Source: an uncultured Gemmatimonadales bacterium (GTDB lineage: Bacteria > Gemmatimonadota > Gemmatimonadetes > Gemmatimonadales > GWC2-71-9). From it: a stretch of 64,000 nt of DNA. Shown here in pieces: positions 39,630 to 53,185 of this stretch; position 1 is the first letter of the stretch, and the number at the start of each line of letters is the position of its first letter. Where the stretch lies: assembly GCA_963843115.1 (NCBI GenBank), contig CAWJJB010000007.1:26128-90127 (forward strand), read 5' to 3'. Under the pieces are notes generated by a model. It did no database searches. It saw only the letters and a program-made list of their open reading frames with translations, and was not told the DNA's origin. A program made the position numbers and the translations under genes.

Positions 39630-42547
39630 CTGCCCTCCCTCGGCTCCATGGATGATCCTCGCTGGCCGGCTGGTCCCACCCACATGCCGACCGGCAGCGT
39701 GGCGAGAAGGTCGGACACCAGCACGGTGGGAACGCCCAGGTGCAGGCGCTCGCCGGTCAGCACGTTCCGGTAGTCGCCGGGCCTGGCGCCCGGCGGGGCG
39801 CGGAGCACCGTATCGCCCCACACCGCTGGCCCCACGGGGACGGTCCCTTCGTCGCCGCAGAGCCCGACCACGAGTCGTGGCGCCACGACCAGCACCGCCA
39901 TGCCGCGATGGCGCCGCGCAAACGCCACCACATGGTCCGCCTTGGTGCCCTCCGCCGGGACCGCCAGGTACGCACCCTCCAGGAACAACGCCGGGTGACG
40001 GCGGCGCAGCATGAGTCCGGCATGGGTCACGTGCATCTTGATCTGGCCATCGCCCCAGCTCGACAGCAGCGCACCGACAGCGTCATGCGCTGGCGGGGCA
40101 TCGTCATCACCGGCGGCAGCCGCGGCGAGCGGCGCCAGCCCCGCGAGCAGCTGGCGACGCGAGGCAAAGTCCACTGGCCGCCTGTTGTCGGGATCAACCA
40201 GGCTCAGGTCCCAGAGCTCCGTGCCCTGGTAGAAGTCGGGTACGCCCGGCGCGCCCAGCTTGAGCACGAGCTGCGCAAGCGAGTTCAGCATCCCGAACCA
40301 GCTGACCGTCGCCGCAAAGGGGCTGAACGACCGGCAGAAGCGCGCCGACGCCGGCCCGGCGAGCACCGCCTGCACGAATGCCAGTACCGCCTGCTCATGC
40401 TCGCGCGACGGGTTGATCCAGCTGGTGTGCACCTTCGCCTCGCGCATCGCCTTCAGCATGTAGCCCCGGATGCGCTCGATGAACTCGGGCCCTGGCGGTC
40501 CGCTGGTGCCCGGCGGCCAGGCACCCAGCAGCGCCTGGTACAGGAGGTATTCCTCCGCCGCCGACGGCACCGGCCGGTCGTGCACCGTGCCGCGCGCCGG
40601 GCTCGTGACGCTGGACCAGCGACTCAGCAGCGCCCGCCATCGCCGCGGCAGCTCCGGCAGCACGTTGAGGCGCGCCCGCGCATCCTCGCCCCGCTTGGTG
40701 TCGTGCGTCGTGGTCGCCAGCATCGACAGTGGCCAGCGCTGCAGGCGCTCCTGGTTGTCGGCATGAAAGCTCGCGACCGACTGGCCGAAGTGTTCCGGGT
40801 CGCCGCCGACCTCGTTGAGCGACACCAGCGGACCATAGCGGTAGAAGGCGGTGTCCTCCACGCCCTTGGCCTGCACCGGTCCGGTGTACTGCTGGAACTT
40901 CATGGCGAACCGCTGCCGCCGCTCGTGCTCGGCGTCGGTCACGCCCGGCGTGTGCGCTGGCAGCAGCATCTGCCGGATGAAGCCGAAGATCGTCGGCTCC
41001 AGCGCCGGGTTGCGGCGCAGCGCCGCCGAAATGGCGCGATCCACCGACGCGCGGTCGAAGGCCGTCGGCTCGACGCCATGGTAGTAGCTGCGGTACACCG
41101 GGAAGCACGCCACCACCTCGCGCAGTGCCTCCTGCAGGCTGTCGAGCGTGAAGTCCCGGAAGCGCCGGTCGCTCTCCGAGATGCGGTTGAGCTCGTGCGC
41201 CAGCACGTTGAGCTCGCTCGCCATGGAGCTGGTGATGATGAGCTTCTTGGCCTCGTACACCACGTCCTGGAACGCCGGGCCCTCCCCGGCAAAGGCGGTG
41301 TACAGTGCCGTGAACGCGGTGGCCCGCCGGCCATCGATGAAGACGCGGTTGAGGCTGTTGAGGAAGTCGTACCCAGTGGTGCCGTGCACCATCCACCCCT
41401 CGTTGAGGCGCTCGCCGGGCGACAGGATCTTCTCCACCGTCGTCCACACCGGTGCACCGGGGCCCAGGCAGGTCGCCAGGTCGTCCAGGTAGCGGGCGGG
41501 ATCGAACAGCCCGTCCACGTGATCCAGCCGCACGCCGGTGACCGCACCCTCCCGCACCAGTCGGGCTGTCAGCGCATGCGCCGCGCGGAAGACCGCGGGG
41601 TCCTCCATCCGGATGCCGGCCAGCTCGTTCACGTCGAAGAAGCGGCGATAGTTGATCTCGTGCATCGCGGTGCGCCACGAGGCGAGCCGGTACGGCTGCG
41701 CCTCGAGCAGCTCGTGCAGCAGGTCGGACGACGACGGCTCGCCCGGGGTCCCATTGAACAGCCGGAGGTTCGCCTCCACATGGCGCCGCACCGCCGGCGC
41801 GCGCTCGAGCAGCGCGCCGAGGCGATCCAGCGCCACCACTTTCTCGCGCTGCCGCTCCTCCATCAGGTAGGGATCCGTCTCCGTGAAGGCGGGCAGGTGC
41901 TCCAGGTGGAAGAGCACGCTGAGGAGCTCGATCAGGTCCGGGTCGTCTGGGGCGAGCGCCGCCCGCAGTGCATCGAGGCGATGCTCCAGCAGCTGCCGGA
42001 GCTGGCGCGGGTTGAGCGGCAGGTCGAGCTCGTAGTAGCGCAGGCGGATCGTGCCGTTCGCGTATTCCAGCTGGAGCTGGCCGGCATCGAGCGTCGCCCC
42101 GTACTGGTCGCCCAGGACCGGGAGCAGGATCTTGCCCTTGAGCTCCGGCTTCACCGGGTCCCAGTCGATGTCAAAGAAGGAGGCGAAGGGCGACGAGGGC
42201 CCGCTCTCGAGCACACTGCGCCACCAGGCGTTGGCCATGGGGTGCGTGCTCATGTGGTTCGGCACGAAGTCGAGCACGATGCCGAGGTCGTGGGCACGCG
42301 CAGCGGACGCCAGGGCAGCAAACCCGGCATCACCGCCCAGCTCCGCATTGAGCCGGCTGTGATCGCAGATGTCGTAGCCGTGCCGGCTGCCGGGGCGCGC
42401 CGCCAGGACCGGCGAGGTGTAGCACTCCGTGGCGCCGAGGGCCGCCAGGTACGGGATCAGCTCGGCGGCATCGCTCAGGGTGAAGTCGGGGTTGAGCTGG
42501 ACGCGATAGCTGCTCACCGGTACGCGGCGGGGAGTCGGCGCCGGCAT
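39626..42547 (-). CDS. treY: malto-oligosyltrehalose synthase
   Basis: GH13_26-like pattern (VSSYRVQLNPDFTL, LDFVPNHM). 973 aa. Stop overlaps the treS start. Confidence 0.9.
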
Positions 42548-42549
42548 CG

Positions 42550-44433
42550 CTAGCCGGGCCCGCCGGTGGCGGCCAGGAGCACGGCGCCGGGCCGCGAAAA
42601 GCGCATCGAGGGCACTGCGGCGTCCACGTCCAGCGGGGAGGGCACCGCCGCGAACGCCGCATCCTCCGTCGTCAGGATCTTCGTCCAGGCCCGCTCCCCC
42701 GCCAGCCGCGCCAGCGGATGCACCCGGAGGTCCACCGCGCCGGCACCCCGCAGCCGGATCACCGCGAGGATCGGCCGCGCCCCCATCGCCTCGCGCCGCA
42801 GGATGATCACGTCGTCACCCCACGCCACGATGGTCGGGTCGCCCGATCGTTCCCGCCACTGGAGGGCCGCTTCGGTGCGCCGCAACTGCAGCAGCCGGCG
42901 ATAGTAGCGAAGATGCGAGAGGTGCGGCTCCTCGAGCCGCTCATCCCACCGCAGCCGGCTCGCCTCGAATGTCGCCGGTGCCTGCGGATCAGGTATCGCG
43001 GCCTGCCCCGACGCATTCGCAAACGCATCGAAGCGGCTGAATTCCTGTCGCCGTCCCGCCGTCACCTGCTGGCCCAGCTCGGCGTTGTGGTCGGTGAAGA
43101 AGAGGAAGGGGGTGCTCGCACCCCATTCCTGTCCCATGAAGAGGAGCGGCGTCTCCGGCAGCAGCAGCAGCAGCGTGGAGGCGGCGCGCCAGGCGCCCCG
43201 GTCGATGGCCTGGTGCAGCCGGTCGCCCAGCGCGCGGTTGCCCACCTGGTCGTGGTTCTGCAGGAAGAAGACGAACTTCTCGCAGGGGATGCCGCGCGGG
43301 TCGGTGCCGCGCGCCACGCCGAAGTAGGGCGCGTGCTGCCCGCGATAGAACCATCCCAGCCGCGTCGGTCGCGGCGATCTCGGCGGTTGTCCCCCCGAAG
43401 TCGGCGAAGTAGCCGTCGCGGTCGCCCGCCATCGCACGGCGCATCTGGTGGTGGAAGTCGTCCGACCACACCGCATCCGCGCCCCAGCCACCGTCGGCCA
43501 CCGGCTCGACCATGCAGCGCAGGTTGCGCGCATCTTCCGCGATCACCTGCACCTGGCGCTGCGACGGGGGCACCGCCTCGTGCACCGCCGTGCTGATCTC
43601 CGCCACGATTGTGGGCCTGCTGCCGTCGACGATCGCGTGCGTCGCATCCAGCCGCAGGCCGTCGAGATGATACTCGCGGACCCAGCGCACGGCATTCTCC
43701 GCCACGTACGCGCGTACCGGCGCGCTGCCCGGCCCGTCGAAGTTCAGCGTCTCGCCCCACGGCGTCTTGTGCGTGCGGGACACGTACTGCGGGCTGAACG
43801 TGCCCTGGTAGGCACCGTCGGGCCCGAAATGGTTGTAGACCACGTCGAGGTGCACGGCAAGGCCGGCATGGTGCGCGGCATCCACCATCGCGCGCAGGTC
43901 ATCCGGTGTGCCGTAGCAGCGCGCCGGGGCAAACAGGGCCACGCCGTCATAGCCCCAGTTGCGATCCCCGGGGAAGTCGGCCACCGGCATCAGCTGCAGC
44001 GCCGTGACGCCAAGCTCCTGCAGGTAGGGAAGGCGCTCGACAATGGCGCGGAAGGTGCCTTCCGGCGTGAAGGTGCCGACATGGAGCTCGTACAGCACCA
44101 GTTGGCTGGGTCCTACGCCCCGCCAGGCACCATCGCTCCACACAAACTCCCGCGGATCGACCACCTGCGACGGGCCGTGCACACCCTGCGGCTGGAACCG
44201 CGACGCCGGATCGGGGAAGGGCCCCGCGCCATCGAGGCGGAATCGGTACAGTGTGCCGGGCCGCGCAGCAGGCACCACGGCCCGGAAGTAGCCATCCTCG
44301 GTGCGCTCCATCCGCACCGTCCGCGGCGTGCCCGATTCAATGAGCACGTCCGCATTGGTGGTGGTCGGCGCCCAGATCTCGAAGGCGGTGGTCCCCCCGT
44401 CGTGGTTCGCGCCCAGCGACGCGCGGCCGTGGC

Positions 44434-44437
<4 letters not shown>
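42550..44437 (-). CDS. treZ: malto-oligosyltrehalose trehalohydrolase, interrupted by a 1-nt frameshift near 43363
   Basis: N-terminal part reads in the frame of ORF 42989..46453; C-terminal part reads in ORF 42550..43533 ([20 protein letters not shown]). GTG start overlaps the glgB stop (GTGA). Confidence 0.8.
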
Positions 44438-46350
<1,913 letters not shown>

Positions 46351-46354
<4 letters not shown>

Positions 46355-48492
46355 GATGTCCCTCCCGTTGCAATATCGACCAGCCGGAACACCACCACCG
46401 AGCGCGCCGCCACCCGGAAGGTGTGGTCCCGGAGCCGGAACGGGCGGCCCCATTCGCGCTGTGCCGTGTCCACGATCCGCTCCCAGCGCTCCGTTGGCGC
46501 GTGGCGCGGCAGGACGAAGCGGACACGCTCGTGATGGGCGTTGAAGGCCATGTAGAGCGTATCGCCGGTGACGGGTTCGCCGTCGTCATCCATTTCCTGC
46601 AGTTCCGTTCCGCTCAATCGCACCCCGAATGTCCGGATGAAGTGCGCGTTCCACGCCGCGTCATCCATCTCGCGACCGGACGGCTTGAACCAGGAAATGT
46701 CCTTCACGTCGCGCCCGCGGATCGCCCGCCCCTGGAAGAACCGCCGCCGCCGCAGCACCGGGTGCGCCTTGCGCAGGTGGATCAGCCGGCGCACGAACTC
46801 GAGGAAGTCCTGCTGCGCCGGGTCCAGCCGCCAGTCCAGCCAGCTGATCGGGTTGTCCTGGCAGTAGGCGTTGTTGTTGCCCCGCTGGGTCCGCGACAGT
46901 TCGTCGCCGCCGCAGATCATCGGCACACCCTGCGAGAAGAGCATCGTCAGCATCAGGTTGCGGCGCTGGGCCTCCCGCAGCGCCAGCACCGCCTCGTCGT
47001 CCGTGGGACCCTCCACCCCGCAGTTCCAGCTGAGGTTGTGGCTCTCGCCATCGGCGTTGTGCTCGCCATTGGCCTCGTTGTGCTTCTCGTTGTAGCTCAC
47101 CAGGTCGCGCAGCGTGAAGCCGTCGTGCGCCGTCACGAAGTTGATGCTCGCGTGCGGTCGCCGCCCGCTCCCGCTGTAGAGGTCGCTGCTGCCCGCCACC
47201 CGCGTCGCCAGCTCCGAGACCATCCCGCCGTCGCCCTTCCAGAAACTGCGCACCGCATCGCGGTACTTCCCGTTCCACTCCGCCCACCCGACCGGAAAGT
47301 TGCCCACCTGGTAGCCCCCTTCGCCCAGGTCCCACGGCTCGGCGATGAGCTTCACCTGCGACAGCACGGGGTCCTGGTGGATGATGTCGAAGAAGGCACT
47401 CAGCCGGTCCACCGCGTGAAGCTCGCGCGCCAGCGCGCTGGCGAGGTCGAAGCGAAAGCCGTCCACCCGCATCTCGAGCACCCAGTACCGCAGGCTGTCC
47501 ATGATCAGCTGCAGCACCCGCGGATGCTGCATGTTCAGCGTGTTGCCGCACCCGGTATAGTCGACATAGTGGCGCTGGTCGTCCGCAGCGAGGCGATAGT
47601 AGGCCTGGTTGTCGATACCCCGCAGGGACAGCGTCGGCCCGAGATGGCTGCCCTCGGCGGTGTGGTTGTACACCACGTCGAGGATCACCTCCAGCCCCGC
47701 CGCGTGGAGGTTCCGCACCATCGTCTTGAACTCGCGCACCGAGTCGGTGGGGGCGGTGGCCGCAGCATAGCGCACGTTGGGCGCCAGGAACGCACTGGTG
47801 TTGTAGCCCCAGTAGTTGGTGAGGCCGCGCTCCACCAGCGTCCGGTCGTACGCATGATGATGCACCGGCATCAACTCCACCGCCGTGACACCCAGCCGCT
47901 TCAGGTGGCGGATCGCCGGCTCCGACGCCAGCCCCGCATACGTGCCGCGCAGCGCCGGCGGCACCGCCGGGTGCTGCATCGTGAATCCCTTGACATGCAT
48001 CTCGTAGATGATCGTCTCGTGCCACGGCACCGCCGGCCGGCGGTCGTCGCCCCAGGTGAAGGCGGGATCCACCACCGCCGCGAGCCCGCAGTGCGCCGCA
48101 TTGTCGCGATCGTCGAACGACAGGTCGGCCCCCGGATGCCCGATCCGGTAGCCGTACATGTCGTCGCCCCACGTGATGGTGCGGCCGATCGCCTTCGCGT
48201 ACGGATCGAGCAGCACCTTGTGCGGATTGAAGCGCGCGCCCTGCGCCGGGTCGTACGGTCCGTGCACCCGGTACCCGTACAGCTGGCCCGGCAGGACACC
48301 GGGCAGGAAGCCGTGCCAGATCTGGTCGGTCTGTTCCGGGAGCACCAGGCGCACCGCTTCACGGGTGGCATCGGCCGAGTCGAACAGGCAGAGCTCGACC
48401 TTCGTGGCATGCTCCGAGAAGATTGCGAAGTTCACGCCAAGACCATCCCAGGTCGCCCCCAGTGGATAGGGGCGTCCGGGGCGAATTTTCAT
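46351..48492 (-). CDS. glgX: glycogen debranching enzyme
   Basis: [18 protein letters not shown]-terminus and GH13_11 motifs (VVYNHT, GFRFD, EPWD). AAGGA RBS. Confidence 0.9.
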
Positions 48493-48583
48493 TGCGGATC
48501 CTTTCGCTCGCGCCTTGCGCTGACAGGTGCAGTCCTGTTTCCTAACGTATACTGATTTCCCGACGTGCGCTGAAAGGAGCTGG
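48493..48583. promoter_or_regulatory. divergent promoter region between glgX and the GT-A gene; ctgaca-N21-tatact candidate promoter; small inverted repeat CAGGTGCAGTCCTG
   Basis: Sequence inspection only. Confidence 0.3.
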
Positions 48584-49849
48584 ATGCTGGAAGCGGTGAC
48601 GCTCCCGGAAGAAGTGACACAACAGGTCCGGCAGCTCGGGCCCGTCGATTTCGTGGTGGGTGTCGCCAGCCAGAACGATGGCGAGACGATCGCCGGCGTG
48701 ATGCAGGGCGCATGGGCAGGGTTGCAGCGCGCCTTTCCCGGCGCGCGCGTGGCCATCCTGCACGCCGACGGCGGCGCCCACGACGGGACCGCCGAGCGCG
48801 CACGCGCGGCCGTCCCCGATGCCAGCATGGTGCAGGTCACCGTGCCCGCCGATCGCAGGTCGCGCGGTGTGCCGGCGCTCGGCAATCGGGCCGGCGCCCT
48901 CCGCCTCATCTTCACCCTCTCCGATCTGCTGACGGCACGCGGCTGCGCCGTCCTCGATGCCGACGTCACCAGTATCACGCCCGACTGGGTGGGTCGCCTG
49001 CTGGCACCGATCGAGGCAGGTCGGGCCGGCTTCGTGGCGCCATGCTACGCCCGTGCGCGCTTTGCCGGCGCCATGACCAGCAGCGTCATCTATCCCTTCG
49101 TCCGCGCGCTCTACGGCAAGCGCATCCGCTATCCCGTGGGCGGGGAGTTCGGGTGTGCAGCGCCGGTCTGCAAGAAGTATCTCGCCGCCGATATCTGGGA
49201 GGCGGACTCCCGGCTGGGGATCGACGCCAGGCTCACCATGCGGGCGCTGGCCAGCGGGTGCCGTGTGGAACAGGCGTGGCTGGGGGTCAAGACCCAGGCG
49301 CCGGGTGACGCGCTGGACCTCAGCACCACGCTCTCGCGGGTGCTCGGTGCGCTGTTCCTGGAGGCCGAGGGCAGCGTCGCCGTGTGGCAGAAGGTGCGCG
49401 GCTCCGAGCCGGTACCGGTGCAGGGCAACGGACGCCCCGATGCGGTGGAAGCGGCACCCATCGACCTGAAGCGCTCGCTCGAGGCCTTCCGGCTGGGCGA
49501 GCGCAACTTGCAGGAGATCTGGTCGCCGGTGCTGCCGCCACTTGCGCGCCTCGACCTGCAGAAGCTGGCGCGACTGCCGGAGGCCTCCTTTCGCCTGCCC
49601 GACGCGCTCTGGGCACGGGTGGTCTACGATTTTGCGCTCGCGTATCACGTGCGGTTGATGAACCGCGATCACCTGCTCGCCGCCTTTGCCCCGCTGTATT
49701 CCGGATGGCTGGCGTCCTTCGTGGGCGAAATGGAAGACGCATCCGAGGCCGCCGTCGAGGAGCGGATCGAGCAGCTGTGCCTGAAGTACGAAGCGGAGAA
49801 GCCTTACTTGATTTCACGCTGGCGCTGGCCCGATCGGTTCAATCCGTGA
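48584..49849 (+). CDS. GT-A fold glycosyltransferase resembling glucosyl-/mannosyl-3-phosphoglycerate synthases (GT81-like)
   Basis: DAD (DxD) motif followed by P.WV..LL.P...G...V...Y.R...G.....GGE architecture. AAGGAG RBS before ATG 48584. Confidence 0.45.
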   Translation: MLEAVTLPEEVTQQVRQLGPVDFVVGVASQNDGETIAGVMQGAWAGLQRAFPGARVAILHADGGAHDGTAERARAAVPDASMVQVTVPADRRSRGVPALGNRAGALRLIFTLSDLLTARGCAVLDADVTSITPDWVGRLLAPIEAGRAGFVAPCYARARFAGAMTSSVIYPFVRALYGKRIRYPVGGEFGCAAPVCKKYLAADIWEADSRLGIDARLTMRALASGCRVEQAWLGVKTQAPGDALDLSTTLSRVLGALFLEAEGSVAVWQKVRGSEPVPVQGNGRPDAVEAAPIDLKRSLEAFRLGERNLQEIWSPVLPPLARLDLQKLARLPEASFRLPDALWARVVYDFALAYHVRLMNRDHLLAAFAPLYSGWLASFVGEMEDASEAAVEERIEQLCLKYEAEKPYLISRWRWPDRFNP

Positions 49850-49876
49850 GGCCGGCATCGGCGGAAGGAGGATCCA

Positions 49877-50575
49877 ATGTGGGACCAGGTTGACGACGCC
49901 CTGCGCCAGTCCGTCAGTCGCGTGCTCACCAGTCTCGCGGCCTTTCTCCCGGGCGTGGTGGCGTTTCTCGTGTCGGTGCTGGTCGCCGCGATCATCGGCT
50001 GGGTGCTCGCCGCCCTCTGTGGACGGGTGCTCCACTGGATCAACTTCGACCAGCGCCTGGAGCGCATGGGCGACACCCTCGCCGACTGGTCGCCGTCCCG
50101 GAGCCCCGCGCTGCTGGTCAGCCGCCTGCTGTTCTGGGGCGTGCTGCTGTTCGGGATGCTCGTCGGTCTCGCCGCCCTCGATGCCACCCTCATGTCCACC
50201 ATGGCGGGGCGCCTCCTCACCTATCTCCCCAACGTCTTCGTGGCGGCACTGCTGCTCGGGGCCGGGGGCATCCTCGCGCGCGTGCTCTCGCGCAGCGTGC
50301 TGATCAGCGCCGTCAACATGCAGCTCAACTCGGCGCGCCTCATGAGCCTCGGCGTGAAGTGGCTCGTGCTCGTCCTCACCGCCGCCATGGCACTCAACCA
50401 CCTGAGCATCGGGGGCAGTATCCTCACGCTCGCCTTCGGGATCCTCTTCGGCGGCATCGTGCTCGCCATGGCACTCGCCGTGGGACTTGGCTCGAAGGAC
50501 GTCGTCAGTCGCACCTGGGAGCGACAGGCCGCGAAGGACCCGGAGAGCGCCGCGCCGCCGGTGCAGCACCTGTGA
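49877..50575 (+). CDS. integral membrane protein with repeated conserved TM-helix modules (PF05552-like)
   Basis: Five TM helices. Stop overlaps the glgE GTG start (GTGA). Confidence 0.5.
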   Translation: MWDQVDDALRQSVSRVLTSLAAFLPGVVAFLVSVLVAAIIGWVLAALCGRVLHWINFDQRLERMGDTLADWSPSRSPALLVSRLLFWGVLLFGMLVGLAALDATLMSTMAGRLLTYLPNVFVAALLLGAGGILARVLSRSVLISAVNMQLNSARLMSLGVKWLVLVLTAAMALNHLSIGGSILTLAFGILFGGIVLAMALAVGLGSKDVVSRTWERQAAKDPESAAPPVQHL

Positions 50576-52548
50576 CACAGCGGCGCGTAGTCATCGAGCA
50601 CGTCACCCCCGAGATCGACGCCGGGCGCTTCCCGGTCAAGCGGGTCGTGGGCGAGACAGTGCAGGTGGAGGCCGACGTTTTCGCCGATGGCCATGATGCC
50701 GTGGTCGCGATGCTGCTCTGGCGCGCCACCGCGAACAGTGCGTGGTCCGAGGTCGCCATGGAACCGCTGGGCAACGATCGATGGCGCGCATCGTTCCCGG
50801 TGACGAGGATGGGAGCGTGTCAGTATACCGTCGAGGGATGGGTGGACCGGTTCGTCACCTGGCGGCGCGACCTGCTCAAGCGCATCGAGGCCGGCCAGGA
50901 TGTCGCCCTGGAGCTCCGCATCGGCGCCGATCTGGTGCAGGCCGCGGCGAAGCGCGCGCAGGGCGACGATCGCACCCGCCTCGAGGAGGCGGCCCGCCAG
51001 CTCCGCCAGCCCGCGGCGCCGGCGGCACAGGGCCTGGCCATCAACCCGTCACTGGCCGCCCTCGTCCAGCGCCACCCCGACCGGTCGCTCGCGGTGCGCT
51101 ACGAACGGGTGCTCGAGGTCTGGGTCGATCGCGAGCGGGCCCGCTTCAGTTCCTGGTACGAGTTCTTCCCCCGCTCCGCGGCAGGCGAACCGGGCCGGCA
51201 CGGCACCTTCGCCGATGCGGCGAAGCGGCTCGACTATGTGGCCGCTATGGGCTTCGACGTGGTCTACCTCCCGCCCATTCATCCCATCGGGCACAGCTTC
51301 CGCAAGGGGCGGAACAATACCTTGACGCCCACGCCGGACGATCCCGGGAGTGCGTGGGCCATCGGCGAGGGCGACGGCGGCCATACCGCCATTCACCCTG
51401 CGCTCGGCACCATCGATGACTTTGGTCGCCTGGTACTGCGCGCCGGCGAGCTCGGCATGGAGATCGCCCTCGATCTCGCCTTTCAGTGCACCCCGGATCA
51501 TCCCTGGGTGCAGAGCCATCCCGCGTGGTTCCGCCACCGGCCCGACGGGACCATCCAGTACGCCGAGAATCCGCCCAAGAAGTACCAGGACATCTATCCC
51601 ATCGACTTCGAGAGCGAGGACTGGGAAGCGCTCTGGAACGAACTGCGAGATGTCGTGCTGTTCTGGGCCGGCCATGGCGTCCGGATCTTCCGGGTGGACA
51701 ACCCCCACACCAAGCCGTTCCCCTTCTGGGAGTGGCTCATCGCCCAGGTGCGGACCGCCTATCCCGACGTCCTCTTCCTCGCGGAAGCCTTCACTCGTCC
51801 CCGCATCATGTATCGCCTGGCGAAGCTCGGCTTCACCCAGTCATACACCTACTTCGCCTGGCGCAATACCGGCGAGGAGCTGACCGAGTACCTCACCGAA
51901 CTGACCACCACCGAGGTGCGCGAGTACTTCCGGCCAAACCTGTGGCCCAACACACCCGATATCCTCACCGAGTACCTGCAGTTCGGCGGGCGCCCCGCCT
52001 TCATGATCCGGCTCGTGCTGGCCGCCACACTCGGCGCCAGCTACGGCATCTATGGCCCCGCCTTCGAGCTGGGCGAGAGGACGCCGCGTGAACCCGGCAG
52101 CGAGGAGTACCTCAACTCGGAGAAGTACGAGATCAAGCAGTGGGACCTCGACGACCCCTGGAGCCTCCGCGACCTGATCGCGCGGGTCAACCGGATCCGG
52201 CACGACAGCCCTGCGCTGCAGCGCGACTGGGGACTCGCGTTCCACGCCACCGACAATCCCATGCTGCTCTGCTACAGCAAGTCCACCGACGACCTGTCCG
52301 ATGTCGTGCTCATGGTGGTCAATCTCGACCCGCACCACGTGCAGGCAGGCTTCGTGACGCTCGACCTGGCCCTCCTCGGGGCCGATGACACCGATCCCTA
52401 TCAGGTGCACGATGAACTCGGCCAGGGCCGCTATCTCTGGCAGGGTCCCCACAACTATGTCGAGCTGGACCCCGAGACACGGCCCGCGCACATCTTCCGG
52501 TTGCGGCGACGGGTCCGGACAGAAAAGGACTTCGACTACTACCTCTAG
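50572..52548 (+). CDS. glgE: alpha-1,4-glucan:maltose-1-phosphate maltosyltransferase
   Basis: N-terminal DUF3416-like domain (PVKRVVGE, DRWRASF) plus GH13_3 catalytic core (FRVDNPHTKP, YLNSEKYE). 658 aa. Confidence 0.9.
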   Translation: MTQRRVVIEHVTPEIDAGRFPVKRVVGETVQVEADVFADGHDAVVAMLLWRATANSAWSEVAMEPLGNDRWRASFPVTRMGACQYTVEGWVDRFVTWRRDLLKRIEAGQDVALELRIGADLVQAAAKRAQGDDRTRLEEAARQLRQPAAPAAQGLAINPSLAALVQRHPDRSLAVRYERVLEVWVDRERARFSSWYEFFPRSAAGEPGRHGTFADAAKRLDYVAAMGFDVVYLPPIHPIGHSFRKGRNNTLTPTPDDPGSAWAIGEGDGGHTAIHPALGTIDDFGRLVLRAGELGMEIALDLAFQCTPDHPWVQSHPAWFRHRPDGTIQYAENPPKKYQDIYPIDFESEDWEALWNELRDVVLFWAGHGVRIFRVDNPHTKPFPFWEWLIAQVRTAYPDVLFLAEAFTRPRIMYRLAKLGFTQSYTYFAWRNTGEELTEYLTELTTTEVREYFRPNLWPNTPDILTEYLQFGGRPAFMIRLVLAATLGASYGIYGPAFELGERTPREPGSEEYLNSEKYEIKQWDLDDPWSLRDLIARVNRIRHDSPALQRDWGLAFHATDNPMLLCYSKSTDDLSDVVLMVVNLDPHHVQAGFVTLDLALLGADDTDPYQVHDELGQGRYLWQGPHNYVELDPETRPAHIFRLRRRVRTEKDFDYYL

Positions 52549-52904
52549 TACGCCACGAGGGTCTTGAACCCGCCGTACGCCATCCGCTTCATGTCGAACG
52601 GCATCTGTGCCGGGTCCATCATGTCGTCCAGCCGCGGGTCCTCCATCACCTTCTTCATGATCCGGTCCCGCTGCGCCTTCGACTTGTAGGTGATCCACGA
52701 GAACACCACCACCTCGCCCGCCTTCTGCTTGATCAGCTTCGGGAACGGGATGCCGAACTTGGCCTTCAGGTCCTCACCCACGCATTCCCGGTACTGCAGC
52801 GCGCCGTACTCCTTCCACACCTTGCCCGCGCGCTTCGCCAGCTTGCGATACGCCTCGAGCTTCCGGCGCGGCACCGCGATCACGAATCCGTCAACGTATT
52901 CCAT
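52545..52904 (-). CDS. DUF1428 family protein
   Basis: MEYVDGFVIAVPRRKLEAYRKLAKRAGKVWKEYGAL typical of DUF1428. Confidence 0.75.
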   Translation of the reverse strand: MEYVDGFVIAVPRRKLEAYRKLAKRAGKVWKEYGALQYRECVGEDLKAKFGIPFPKLIKQKAGEVVVFSWITYKSKAQRDRIMKKVMEDPRLDDMMDPAQMPFDMKRMAYGGFKTLVAY

Positions 52905-53105
52905 CAGTTCCCCCGGTCAGAGTCGGCCTGCAGCATGAACATGCGCCGGCCCTTCGCTGAACGCCATCAGCCGCCGCGCACCCTGCTCGCCGAGGCAGCG
53001 TCCGAGCGCGGGTGCAGTATTTGGGGTATGAGCCTCGGGTGCGCGGGCGGCTGCCGGAGGCGGGCAGGGCTTACCCGACCGCGTTCGCATCAGGGAATGA
53101 TGGAC

Positions 53106-53170
53106 TTGACAGACTTGAATGATCGTTCAATATTGGCCTCTAAGTCTCTAGATACCAATATTTACATGGT
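53106..53170 (+). promoter_or_regulatory. promoter with TetR-type operator: TTGACA -35, palindrome TTGAATGATCGTTCAA (53115-53130), second inverted repeat AATATTGG-N18-CCAATATT, in an AT-rich island
   Basis: Read directly from the sequence. Lies upstream of the TetR gene and RND operon. Confidence 0.45.
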
Positions 53171-53185
53171 CGTGACATTCTGAGT

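Noticed and set aside
39740-42553. 937-aa plus-strand ORF
   Set aside because: Antisense to treY. No recognisable domains, R/A/G-rich composition.
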